A stretch of DNA of 64,000 nucleotides from Dethiobacter sp. (lineage in GTDB: Bacteria; Bacillota; Dethiobacteria; DTU022; UBA8154): the NCBI GenBank assembly GCA_020725665.1, contig DYEO01000033.1:5398-69397 (forward strand), read 5' to 3'. How positions within the stretch are numbered: the stretch's first letter is position 1; every line of letters starts with the position of its first letter. Made by a program: the position numbers and the translations under genes. The notes below the pieces were generated by a model. It did not search any database, was not told where the DNA came from, and saw only the letters and a program-made list of their open reading frames with translations. This document shows positions 20,001 through 27,641 of this stretch, piece after piece.

Positions 20001-20502
20001 CGCTTTTTTCTGCAGGGATTTTTATTTTTATATGAACCTGCCAGGAATGGGCATGGACCGGCCCCTGTTTTTCACCAAAGACAACATAGTGCCGCGCGTT
20101 GAGGAAGGAAACAAGCTGAATAGTGTAGGCTGAGGAATCAACAAGGAATCCCTCCGCCTGCTCAGCAGGAATAATTCCACCGCGCTGCCCCATTGCCCCG
20201 GTACAAGTGATAACCGTTTTCCCTGTCGACTCGTTTGTCGGATCGTCACAAACCAGGCGTTGATAAAAAGAAAGTTCTTCTTTAACCTGCAAAATTTCTT
20301 CTTCAATCAGAGTTATCCTGGTTTTGCTGAGAGCAACCTTCGCCTCGGCATCCATGAGGATACGTCCCGCTTCCAAAGCGGCTTTTTGCTTTATCTCTTC
20401 CGCAAGCTCATTTGCTTCGAGGATTGTCCGTTCAATGTTTTTGCTTTCCTTTTCTTTCTCCTCAATGCGGGCACGCAAAGCATTACATTTTTCCTCGCTC
20501 AA
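17068..20502 (-). CDS. coiled-coil + QueD/6-pyruvoyl-tetrahydropterin-synthase-like domain fused to a large polytopic (PTPS-related, GT-C/YfhO-like) membrane protein
   Basis: 1144-aa ORF. Residues ~1-85 are a heptad-rich coiled coil. Residues ~125-245 read F..ARH..VHAHSWQVHI..LNE..PTTENMA..VWETPT and align by eye with QueD. A Lys/Arg/Asp-rich linker follows, then many TM helices (~310-720), a large exported domain, and a terminal TM helix plus basic tail. Confidence 0.6.
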   Translation of the reverse strand: MSEEKCNALRARIEEKEKESKNIERTILEANELAEEIKQKAALEAGRILMDAEAKVALSKTRITLIEEEILQVKEELSFYQRLVCDDPTNESTGKTVITCTGAMGQRGGIIPAEQAEGFLVDSSAYTIQLVSFLNARHYVVFGEKQGPVHAHSWQVHIKIKIPAEKSEQIPFANIMEAINSVITCYEKTVLNEQYPFNIVQPTTENMAMVFFNRFEDIFRDFGLVLGNLAVWETPTKGIEVTRRNPEFDNIPVAAEQEIAATKDNITDNTDDKEKRVSSQRDKRRKQTAKRAAQPDETLNAGLTSYDYPAYRYALHALLIMLIAFIAYYQIITPQFRLHYPWGSDTWGHLFKAEFLFQQIMQGDFFPQFTEYWYNGAQPFRYWAPLPYYMIALLRFFSTDIFMAGNYYVFGCALLGGLSLLFFARRIGIWPATLAGIIWSVWIDNVRVAFSEGNLPRVLATALLPLLFILYLKILEERKISLTVVLTVLLIHVVILCHAMIGAVYCICLALFALFFWAFGGCRLRDLLRGFFIVFVGIISAGWWLLPSLSGGITVINPEAVRAVVQFVPSAISLNPFNRFSDRETFYWGVSLLFAIGVTCLGWRTRLPWVKSLAICGVVLVIITFPSARLFFLLMPLSHLLWPLRFSSFAALALIISSMAFSPSIERFSLSAGSLKKVVIICLLAFLFLIDCFFSVRLLAFTRAKSYILLEGTEYLKAAPGWRIATVDLSRLGSAPSFLFSETAGREQVFGWAWQGATTSQNIMLLNMGLEYQYYPFLFRSCVLLGATDLLVKNDVIEEPQIFAEMAGKAAYEHIVNIDEISLWHGAIDFPYLVVKNNDALVIGRHAGTIAIQFPNVEMGTSPYLDRYSLDDLIKYPKIILSGTEWWAKTKAEQLIRNYISAGGEVFVELSGLPENVLAKQPEFLGVYGETVTLRGQLELFDNSGKSFLLKPFAPKDFELWKTYVPQGLDAEELYFDYYGVKAPVLGYKLVEGHKVWFLGGNLSYHTFLTKDPQALQIIEEIFGLEREYFCEELIPLDAYQATESGYVMKYSIDRDVNVVVPVAALDGIKVEIDGHAWPYTTFENLLRMDLPAGEHEITIVLERTPVYLWGSILSLLSPLMLVGGLIFLKRLDKDVKRNEQISS

Positions 20503-20606
20503 TCGTTTTTTTTTGAGCAGGTTTTGCAGTTCTTTTTTTAAATCATTTTTTGGATTACGGGAAGAAGGTAATTCTTGACCACGCGTAGAAATTGTAATCT
20601 GCTCCT

Positions 20607-21125
20607 TCAGGATGAATCCCTTTTACGTAGTATATTTTTAATAATTTCCGTTGATTTCTCATTTTCAAGCAAAGTCAGGTTGGGTGCATGCTCCTTGGGT
20701 AAAACGCCCACACTTTCAATGGAAAACCGGTATTCATCGAGCAGTTCTTTAAACTCCTGCTTAAAACGTTCAAGTTTTTCCTGCAACCGTTCCAATTCCT
20801 GTTTTTTATCCTGAAGTTCCTTTTCCGTTGTTTCCAACATGACCTTTGCCTGCCGGCGTGCTTCCTCCTCAAGCTGAAGCGCTTTTTTCTGTGCCAAAAC
20901 CATGACATCAACAATGGACTGTTCCCTGGAAATATAATTATCCAATTTTGACTGCAGAGCATTTACTTCTGCTTCAGACTGTTTCAATTCGGCCTTTGCT
21001 TTTTCAATGTCAGCCCGTAAAATGACAGTTTCCTCCTGGTAAACACTGTTAAGCCGGTTAATCTCATTTTGTACTTCTTCAGGTTTATAGCCGAACAATG
21101 CTTTTTTAAATGATTTGGCCATCAC
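20607..21125 (-). CDS. DivIVA-domain coiled-coil protein
   Basis: 172-aa ORF. The N-terminal FKKALFGYKPEEVQNEINRL matches the DivIVA F..a.rGY...eV motif. The remainder is coiled coil. Confidence 0.7.
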   Translation of the reverse strand: MMAKSFKKALFGYKPEEVQNEINRLNSVYQEETVILRADIEKAKAELKQSEAEVNALQSKLDNYISREQSIVDVMVLAQKKALQLEEEARRQAKVMLETTEKELQDKKQELERLQEKLERFKQEFKELLDEYRFSIESVGVLPKEHAPNLTLLENEKSTEIIKNILRKRDSS

Positions 21126-21200
21126 ATTCCCTCCGTTCCTGCCTGCAATACAGGCTATCCTTCTGCCCTTTATATAATATTTAACTTATTAAATTTCACC

Positions 21201-21236
21201 ATTTAACAATTCATTCCTTCTTAATAATTGTTAAAT
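21201..21236. promoter_or_regulatory. 10-bp perfect inverted repeat upstream of the DivIVA/polysaccharide operon (candidate operator)
   Basis: atttaacaatt-N14-aattgttaaat, located 75-110 nt upstream of the start codon at 21125. Confidence 0.25.
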
Positions 21237-21329
21237 TTTATTAAAATATTTTTACTTCGTGATTATTGATTATAGTATATGCTGCCATTATCAGGTAATG
21301 GAATAAATATAGATTATGTAGAAAAAAAC

Positions 21330-21368
21330 TTAGAAAAAAATAAAGCTTCCTCAGAGAGAGAGAGCTTT
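21330..21368 (-). terminator. intrinsic terminator after the MCP gene
   Basis: Minus strand: aaagct-ctctctctctgagga-agcttt followed by attttttt. Confidence 0.4.
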
Positions 21369-21418
21369 AATTATTTTTCTGAACTGGATTTTTACTATTA
21401 GTCAACCATTATCAAATA

Positions 21419-22561
21419 TCAATATTTGAACCTGTTCAATCCTTCTTCCAATTCGCTAACCATATTTTGCAGTTCGTTGGCGGCACTGGAAATTTCCCCC
21501 ATGGTTGCCGTCTGCTCCTCCACGGCAGCCGAGACCTCTTCGCTGCCGGCGCCAATTTCCTGGGCCGCTGCCGATACCTGCTCTATCTGCCGGGAAATAC
21601 CTTCCAGGCTGTCAATAACCGCCTTCAATACTTCTCCTGCTGAAATGACTACTTCCGTGCCGTCATTAACCTTTTCCACACCTTCATCCATCTTATCGAC
21701 GACACCCTGAATCTGCTCATGTATATCCTGTACCAGGTCAGTAATCTCTGAAGCGGAACTGGAAGATTGTTCGGCCAGTTTCCTCACCTCTTCAGCCACA
21801 ACGGCGAAACCACGACCGTGTTCCCCCGCTCTGGCAGCCTCAATTGCCGCATTTAATGCCAGCAAATTGGTCTGATCGGCGATCCCCTTAATCGTATCGA
21901 CTATCTTGCTGATGTTCTGCGCCCGGTTGCCCAGGATAACGACAACATCTTTCAAGCCGTTCACAATATGCGAAATGACTTGCATCTGGTTTACAGCGTT
22001 TTCCACAGCACTGTTTCCCGCATGGGCTTGTTGCGAAATTTTATTGCCCATTTCCGCCATTTCCAGGGCGCCACTGCTCAAGCGCTGGGCATTTCCGGAA
22101 AATTCATTGGCCGAAGCGGCCACTTCTTGCAGGGAAGCACTTATCTCTTCAGAAGATGCAGCCAAGGACTCGCTTGAAGTGCTGACCCTGTATATACCGG
22201 CTCCGATCTTTTTGAACATTTCCTGCAGCGAACGTTGCATCGTATCGAGCCCTCTTGCCAGATCTCCATACTCATCTTTGAGCTTGACCGCATAGTCGGG
22301 CACGTTTACACTAAAATCTCCTTTTGAGAGCACATTGACAATAAAACTTGTGGAGTCTTTAACATTTCTGATAATCGGTTTTGTGATATACACAATAATG
22401 GCCAGGGTAATGAGGACAATAAGCAGGGACCAGATGAACACCTCCCTGTAGATATTTTTTTCCAATACGGGCAACAAATAAACCAGGTTTAGCAGAATAA
22501 AGAGGATAACAGGAATAATCCCCAGTGCTATCAGCTTCATCTTGATACTGTTTTTAAACAT
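21419..22561 (-). CDS. methyl-accepting chemotaxis protein
   Basis: It has an N-terminal TM pair, a HAMP region and a conserved MCP signalling domain ([31 protein letters not shown]). I place the start at the internal ATG (MFKNS), which is preceded by aaaggag. Confidence 0.85.
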   Translation of the reverse strand: MFKNSIKMKLIALGIIPVILFILLNLVYLLPVLEKNIYREVFIWSLLIVLITLAIIVYITKPIIRNVKDSTSFIVNVLSKGDFSVNVPDYAVKLKDEYGDLARGLDTMQRSLQEMFKKIGAGIYRVSTSSESLAASSEEISASLQEVAASANEFSGNAQRLSSGALEMAEMGNKISQQAHAGNSAVENAVNQMQVISHIVNGLKDVVVILGNRAQNISKIVDTIKGIADQTNLLALNAAIEAARAGEHGRGFAVVAEEVRKLAEQSSSSASEITDLVQDIHEQIQGVVDKMDEGVEKVNDGTEVVISAGEVLKAVIDSLEGISRQIEQVSAAAQEIGAGSEEVSAAVEEQTATMGEISSAANELQNMVSELEEGLNRFKY

Positions 22562-22658
22562 GCTTCGTTCTCCTTTCATTTTTAAGATAGCAAACTGTAC
22601 TTGCAAAACCTTGCCTGGAAATGAATTTTTATCGTAACTGCTCAGGGTCTTTTTACAA

Positions 22659-22742
22659 GCGAAGCTGCGGGGACGGTTCGAGCGTCTCCGTAGCGAAGCG
22701 AAGGACCGAAGGGAAGACGATGGAACCGTCCCCCTGCTTCGC
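22659..22742. repeat. 84-nt GC-rich extended hairpin / palindromic element
   Basis: The arms gcgaagctgcggggacggttc and gaaccgtccccctgcttcgc pair over about 20 bp with one bulge. They enclose a 43-nt loop with its own cgtct/agacg stem. Confidence 0.6.
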
Positions 22743-22957
22743 GCAGAGATAATTCGTCATATTAATTTATTTTCCTGCTTAATTACTAATGATTTTACAA
22801 AAGAAATAGCCGTTTAACAAGGCTCTGCAGGCTTTCCCTTCATTTTTCCATGAACCGGGCCATTTGTTTGAAATCCATTGCTATCACCTCCGGGATCACC
22901 ACCATATTTATATTTATCCATATTTTTGATAAAATAAATGGAAAGGAGGTTAAATCA

Positions 22958-23626
22958 ATGCTGCAGATAATGGAAGCTTTAAAGACCACTTATCCCGGGG
23001 CATACGCGGGAATGCTGCTGATGCGTTCTGTATCCAACCGGGAAGATCACCCGGCTCTGGAAAGCGCCAAGAAAAACCTGGAAAAAGAGCTACAGGTAAA
23101 GTATGGTAATTATGAGCGATCCGAACTGAAGGAGGTTACGCCCCTAAGGCAATATACCGCCTATTTCAAGCGTTTTAAGAAGACTTACCCGGTCCTGCTG
23201 CAGCTAGAAACGCTGGTATTTAAAGGAAGAGCTCTGCCTCGCGTCTCCACCCTCGTAGAGGCGATGTTCATGGCCGAACTGAAAAACATGCTGTTAACGG
23301 CGGGGCACGATTGGGATTCACTGCATGAACCTGTCAGAATTGATGTCTCAAGAGGCGATGAACAATATATCCTGCTTAATGGTGAGGGGAAAAAACTTCT
23401 TCCCGGCGATATGCTGATGGCAGACAGTCAGGGAATTATCTCCAGTGTTATCTACGGACCGGACCAGCGAACACGTATCAATCCCGGAACCAAAAATGTT
23501 TTATTCGCTGTTTACGGCGTGCCGGGCATCGCCAGGGAGGCGATACGGCACCACCTGCAGGATATCCGGGATAACGTGCTGCTCTTTGCACCACAGGCCA
23601 GGGCGGAGTTGCTGGATGTTTATTGA
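22958..23626 (+). CDS. B3/B4 tRNA-binding-domain protein (PheT B3/4-like, COG3382 type)
   Basis: The ORF matches the B3/4-domain pattern (..YTAYFKRFKKTYPVLLQLE.., ..LVEAMFMAEL.., ..GDMLMADSQGIISSVIYGPDQRT..). I place the start at the ATG at 22958, after the gaaaggagg SD. Confidence 0.65.
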   Translation: MLQIMEALKTTYPGAYAGMLLMRSVSNREDHPALESAKKNLEKELQVKYGNYERSELKEVTPLRQYTAYFKRFKKTYPVLLQLETLVFKGRALPRVSTLVEAMFMAELKNMLLTAGHDWDSLHEPVRIDVSRGDEQYILLNGEGKKLLPGDMLMADSQGIISSVIYGPDQRTRINPGTKNVLFAVYGVPGIAREAIRHHLQDIRDNVLLFAPQARAELLDVY

Positions 23627-23731
23627 AACCGGGTAGTAAACAATTTTATTTCCCGGGCAAGCGCAGAGTTCGACTCAAAATGGGTTTTCAGGTATAAAAA
23701 TGCTCTTAAATGGACATTTTTGTCTTTTTAA

Positions 23732-25021
23732 TTACTTAAAGGGTTGAAAAGGCCGCAATGGGGGTACTACTGCAGCAACGGCCTCACGCTTTACAAAACG
23801 GACCAGTATTGCTGAAGCGAAGCAGAAAAAACCAAGGTAAATGAAAACCACGCTGAAGTTGCCGGCAGAAATATCGAGGATGTAACCGCTTAAGGAAGGC
23901 CCCAGCAGTCCGGAGATAAAGCCGTACGCGGTAAACACCAGACCAAAGATGGCGCCAAAATGCTTCAGACCAAAGCAATCGGAAACGAGTGGTGCGGAAA
24001 CAGCGAACAAGGTGCCGAAGGCATATCCAATCACGCCGGCCAGGATCAGTAAAAGAGTAAAGCTGGCTGTTCGGGGCAACAGAAAATAAGCGAACCCTGC
24101 TGCCAGGAATGTTATGCTCATGGTCAGCGTCCTGCCAATATAATCAGATAAATAACCGCTCAGCAAGCGGCTGAGACCGCTGGCCAGGTTAAAGGCCGTT
24201 AATATGAGCACGGCTTCAGCAGGATCAAGTCCCCGGGACAGTCCGTAAACAACGGAGAGGGATACCATGGTTATTCCTGCAGAGCCCTGCATCGCCCACG
24301 TAAACCAGAGGAGCCAGAAGTTTTTTGTATGTAAGCTTTCTTTTACGGTGAAAGAGGGAGCCGGCAGCACCCCTTTTACTGTATCCTCCGGTGTTTTTTC
24401 CTGACAGGTTGTATCGGCAGACTTGACCCGATCCGGCATTTCCGTAAAGTTTGCGGCACATATGCCAACCAGCACCACTATAACAGCGAGATGCATATTC
24501 ATGGAGATATAGCCCAGTGTATTAAGCATGCGGAAAAATACAGGTGACATGATTGCCGCGGATAACCCGAAACACAGGTTTACGATTCCTGAAACAAGTC
24601 CCCGTCTGGCCGGAAACCAGCGCTGCACGGTGGTAAGGGCGGGAACGTAAACAAAGGAACAAGCCATTCCGTTGATAAATGCCCAGAGGTAGATTACAAC
24701 AATACTGCCGGCATAGGCAGCAAGGAGGAGATTCAGGCCGCAAATCAGGATGCCTATGCTGATCATCAACCTTGAACCAAGCTTTTCCTGCCAGCGACCG
24801 GCTAAATACATGAATATACCCACGGCAGCAAGAATAAAAAACATGATGTTACCGGTAGCAGCACTGCTGATCCGAAACAGTTCCTGCCAGTAAGCAGCCA
24901 TTACCCCGGGAAAACCAAAACACAAGGCCCCCGGCCAGAATATGGCCGCAGTAGCGCCAATAACAGCAAGGATTCCACGTTTTTGTGTCACCGGTAAAAC
25001 TCCTCTCCGGGTAATAGACAT
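23732..25021 (-). CDS. MFS transporter (oxalate/formate antiporter-like subfamily)
   Basis: 429-aa ORF with roughly 12 hydrophobic helices and a central hydrophilic loop. Confidence 0.75.
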   Translation of the reverse strand: MSITRRGVLPVTQKRGILAVIGATAAIFWPGALCFGFPGVMAAYWQELFRISSAATGNIMFFILAAVGIFMYLAGRWQEKLGSRLMISIGILICGLNLLLAAYAGSIVVIYLWAFINGMACSFVYVPALTTVQRWFPARRGLVSGIVNLCFGLSAAIMSPVFFRMLNTLGYISMNMHLAVIVVLVGICAANFTEMPDRVKSADTTCQEKTPEDTVKGVLPAPSFTVKESLHTKNFWLLWFTWAMQGSAGITMVSLSVVYGLSRGLDPAEAVLILTAFNLASGLSRLLSGYLSDYIGRTLTMSITFLAAGFAYFLLPRTASFTLLLILAGVIGYAFGTLFAVSAPLVSDCFGLKHFGAIFGLVFTAYGFISGLLGPSLSGYILDISAGNFSVVFIYLGFFCFASAILVRFVKREAVAAVVPPLRPFQPFK

Positions 25022-25088
25022 CCTTTTTGCATTATTCTTACCCTTTTATTTCTGCTTGCAGCTTTGATGCATATGCTTGGGTTAAACC

Positions 25089-25727
25089 CTATTCAGAAAT
25101 AACATATTCTTCCATAGAAAGGCGGGCCAGTTCGGCCAGATAGGATTCCTCAGGCTCCATTTCCAGAACCTTTTCCAGGTGTACTCGGGCCTCCTCGCTA
25201 CGCTCACGTAAAGCAAGGAACATTCCGTAATATAGGTGTACTTGCGCATTTTCCCTATCCAGATCAACCGCCTCACGGAAGTATTCTTCCGCCCGAAGAT
25301 CATCATCCTGATAAAAAGCCGCCACCAGGGCAAGCTTGAGGATTGATCCTGCATAAGCCGGGCTTTCGACCTCGGCCTGCTGCAAAAGCTCCTCGCCCCT
25401 TTGGGCGTACCTGTCCCTGGGTTCCACCGCACCAAGACTGCCGTGCACCATGGCCAGTTCAAGATAAAGATCAGCCAGCTGCATTTTCAACTCCCCATCG
25501 TCGGGAGATGCTGCCAGGGCTTCCTCCAACGAGGCGGCCAGTCCCTCCAGCATGGAAGGATAATCCTCTGCCGCAGGAGTAGTCTCTCTGCGGTCACCGC
25601 TAATTAAAAAATCGGCGAAACCAAGGGCCGCGCTTAACACCAGACCAGCTACCAGGATCAGGGCTGTCGCTGACACCAAAATATTACGGCATAAGTTTTT
25701 TTTGTGTGCCTTTCGCTTTGCAGCCAT
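25089..25727 (-). CDS. membrane-anchored TPR-repeat protein
   Basis: 212-aa ORF with an N-terminal TM helix followed by TPR-like A/L/Y-rich 34-aa repeats. Confidence 0.55.
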   Translation of the reverse strand: MAAKRKAHKKNLCRNILVSATALILVAGLVLSAALGFADFLISGDRRETTPAAEDYPSMLEGLAASLEEALAASPDDGELKMQLADLYLELAMVHGSLGAVEPRDRYAQRGEELLQQAEVESPAYAGSILKLALVAAFYQDDDLRAEEYFREAVDLDRENAQVHLYYGMFLALRERSEEARVHLEKVLEMEPEESYLAELARLSMEEYVISE

Positions 25728-25749
25728 GCAATCCCCTTTCTAATTTGTT

Positions 25750-26472
25750 TTAATCGCCGAGGACGAGCAGAGAACCGCAGTTTTCGCAATAAACCAACTG
25801 TCCCGGGGTAAGAATGCGGGCCCGGAAAGCGGAGGGGAGGGAGACATTGCAGATACCGCAATAGCCCCCCACTACAAGGGAAATACACTGGCCCTGCATC
25901 TTGCCGGATAGCTCCCGGTACTTTTGCAACAGAGGTCCTTCCACCTGTTCCATAATCCCTGTACGGCGTTCACCAAGGACAGCCAGTTCCTGCCGGGCTG
26001 ACTGCATATCTTTCTGCGCCTGGACTTTTATCTGCTGGAGTTGCTCCTGTACCTCTTTCCCCTGCCGGCCAAGCCTCGAACTTTCCAATTCATCTTTTTC
26101 CAGTTCTTCCATAATGGAAAGAATTTCATCCTCCAGGGCCGATTGCTCCACTTGCATTAAGGACAATTTCTTCTCCATGCTCTCCAGTTCCCGGTTATTG
26201 TGTACTTCGCCGCCGTAAAGCTTTTTATTCAGGCCCGCAATTACTGCATTGGTATTCTGCAGGTTCATTTCACTGCGCTTCAGTTTTTTCTTTGCAGCAT
26301 CGATCTTTTCCTCATGGCCGCGCAAAATCTCCTGCAGATCGGATACTTCTTTTTTAAGAGCATGAAAGGCTTTTACGCTGGAAATATTCTGTAAATCATT
26401 CTCTTTACGTGCAATTTCCCGCTCAAGCTCCTGCAGTTCCCAAAGCAGTTTTAATTGTTCCACATGGTTCAT
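25750..26472 (-). CDS. coiled-coil zinc-ribbon protein (COG1579/DUF164 type)
   Basis: 240-aa ORF with a long coiled coil and a C-terminal CGIC...CENCG zinc ribbon. It lies downstream of the nif3 homologue, as in many bacteria. Confidence 0.7.
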   Translation of the reverse strand: MNHVEQLKLLWELQELEREIARKENDLQNISSVKAFHALKKEVSDLQEILRGHEEKIDAAKKKLKRSEMNLQNTNAVIAGLNKKLYGGEVHNNRELESMEKKLSLMQVEQSALEDEILSIMEELEKDELESSRLGRQGKEVQEQLQQIKVQAQKDMQSARQELAVLGERRTGIMEQVEGPLLQKYRELSGKMQGQCISLVVGGYCGICNVSLPSAFRARILTPGQLVYCENCGSLLVLGD

Positions 26473-26519
26473 CTCCCTCTTTAACTATAACAAAAAGGGA
26501 CGGTGGTAACAACCCATCC

Positions 26520-27641
26520 CTAATCCAGTGTCACCCACGGGATTTCCTCTTCCCGCCCGATAATGACATCCGTTTCATATCCATTTTGCTTAAGTTTTTC
26601 CCGTAGAAAAGCGGCAACAACAGGGATAACCGGCCTTTCCGTGGCAGCGTGCCCGGCGTCAAGCAAAGCAAGGCCGGCATCGCAGGCCTGCTGTGCATCA
26701 TGATAACGTAAGTCTCCGCTGATAAAAACCTGGGCCCCGCTTTGCACCGCCGCCGGCAGGTACGCAGCGCCACTGCCGCCCAAAACAGCAACCCTTTGGA
26801 CTTTTCTGCCGGCTTCTCCAAGCATCTTTATGGAGCAAGGCCGGAGCATTTCCCGGCATCTGGACGCCAGTGCCTGCAGTGTATCAGGTTCGGGCAGTTC
26901 TCCCACCCGTCCAAGCCCCCTCTTTTCTCCTTCCAGGGAAAGAGGGTAGAGGTCGTAGGCCACCTCTTCATAGGGGTGAGCATACCGCATTGCCTCCAAA
27001 ACATTATCCCGTTTGGCAACAGGCAAAATAGTTTCGAGGCGGTATTCCCTTACCTTCTCCACTACTCCCGGTGTACCGATAAAGGGGCTGCTTCCCTCCC
27101 GGGGCAGGAAAGTACCGGTTCCCATGAGCTGGAAAGTGCAGTGGCTGTAATTGCCGATCCACCCCGCTCCCGCCGCAGTGAGGGCGTTACGCACCTTATC
27201 CTCAAATCCCTCCGGTATAAAGACGACCAGCTTCTCCAGTTTCTCCTGATCCGTGGGATGAAGTACCGTCATATGCTCCAGGCCTAAGAGTTTTCCCAGG
27301 GCATGGCTGACGCCGTAAGGTGCCACATCCAGGTTGGTATGGGCACTATAGAGGACAACCCCTTCTTTTAAGGCACGGGCCAGCAGCGCCGTGCGCCGTT
27401 CCCGTAAATCGAGCTTGAGCAGGGGGTTGTAAAAAAAAGGATGATGGGTAAAGACAAAATTCGCCCCCACAGTTAGTGCTTCCTCCAGAACAGCTTCGTT
27501 GAAATCAAGGGCAAGCAACACGGATTTAACGCTGCAATTCGGATCCCCCCACTGTAACCCGCAGGTGTCCCCGGGAAGGGTCCAGGCCGGCGCAGCGAAC
27601 TCTTCAATGATGGCAATTATATTATTTCCCGTAGCAAACAT
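26520..27641 (-). CDS. Nif3-like dinuclear metal centre protein (YqfO family)
   Basis: 373-aa ORF. It has the NIF3 pattern (FTHHPFF.., AHTNLD.., the PII-like insertion, GHAATE). Confidence 0.85.
   Translation of the reverse strand: MFATGNNIIAIIEEFAAPAWTLPGDTCGLQWGDPNCSVKSVLLALDFNEAVLEEALTVGANFVFTHHPFFYNPLLKLDLRERRTALLARALKEGVVLYSAHTNLDVAPYGVSHALGKLLGLEHMTVLHPTDQEKLEKLVVFIPEGFEDKVRNALTAAGAGWIGNYSHCTFQLMGTGTFLPREGSSPFIGTPGVVEKVREYRLETILPVAKRDNVLEAMRYAHPYEEVAYDLYPLSLEGEKRGLGRVGELPEPDTLQALASRCREMLRPCSIKMLGEAGRKVQRVAVLGGSGAAYLPAAVQSGAQVFISGDLRYHDAQQACDAGLALLDAGHAATERPVIPVVAAFLREKLKQNGYETDVIIGREEEIPWVTLD

Noticed and set aside
21126-21418. c-di-GMP or other riboswitch in the leader of the polysaccharide operon
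   Set aside because: I read the minus strand and found only an AT-rich promoter-like region, one inverted repeat and a short hairpin overlapping the SD. No recognisable conserved riboswitch core was present.
22600-22618. Sigma-54-like sequence aGGCAAGGTTTTGCA (minus strand) upstream of the MCP gene
   Set aside because: There are only 9 nt between GG and GC, and sigma-54 promoters require 10. It also lies too close to the start codon.
25082-25462. 126-aa alternative-frame ORF
   Set aside because: It overlaps the TPR-protein ORF (25089-25727) on the same strand in another frame. The TPR frame has an N-terminal TM helix and repeat structure.
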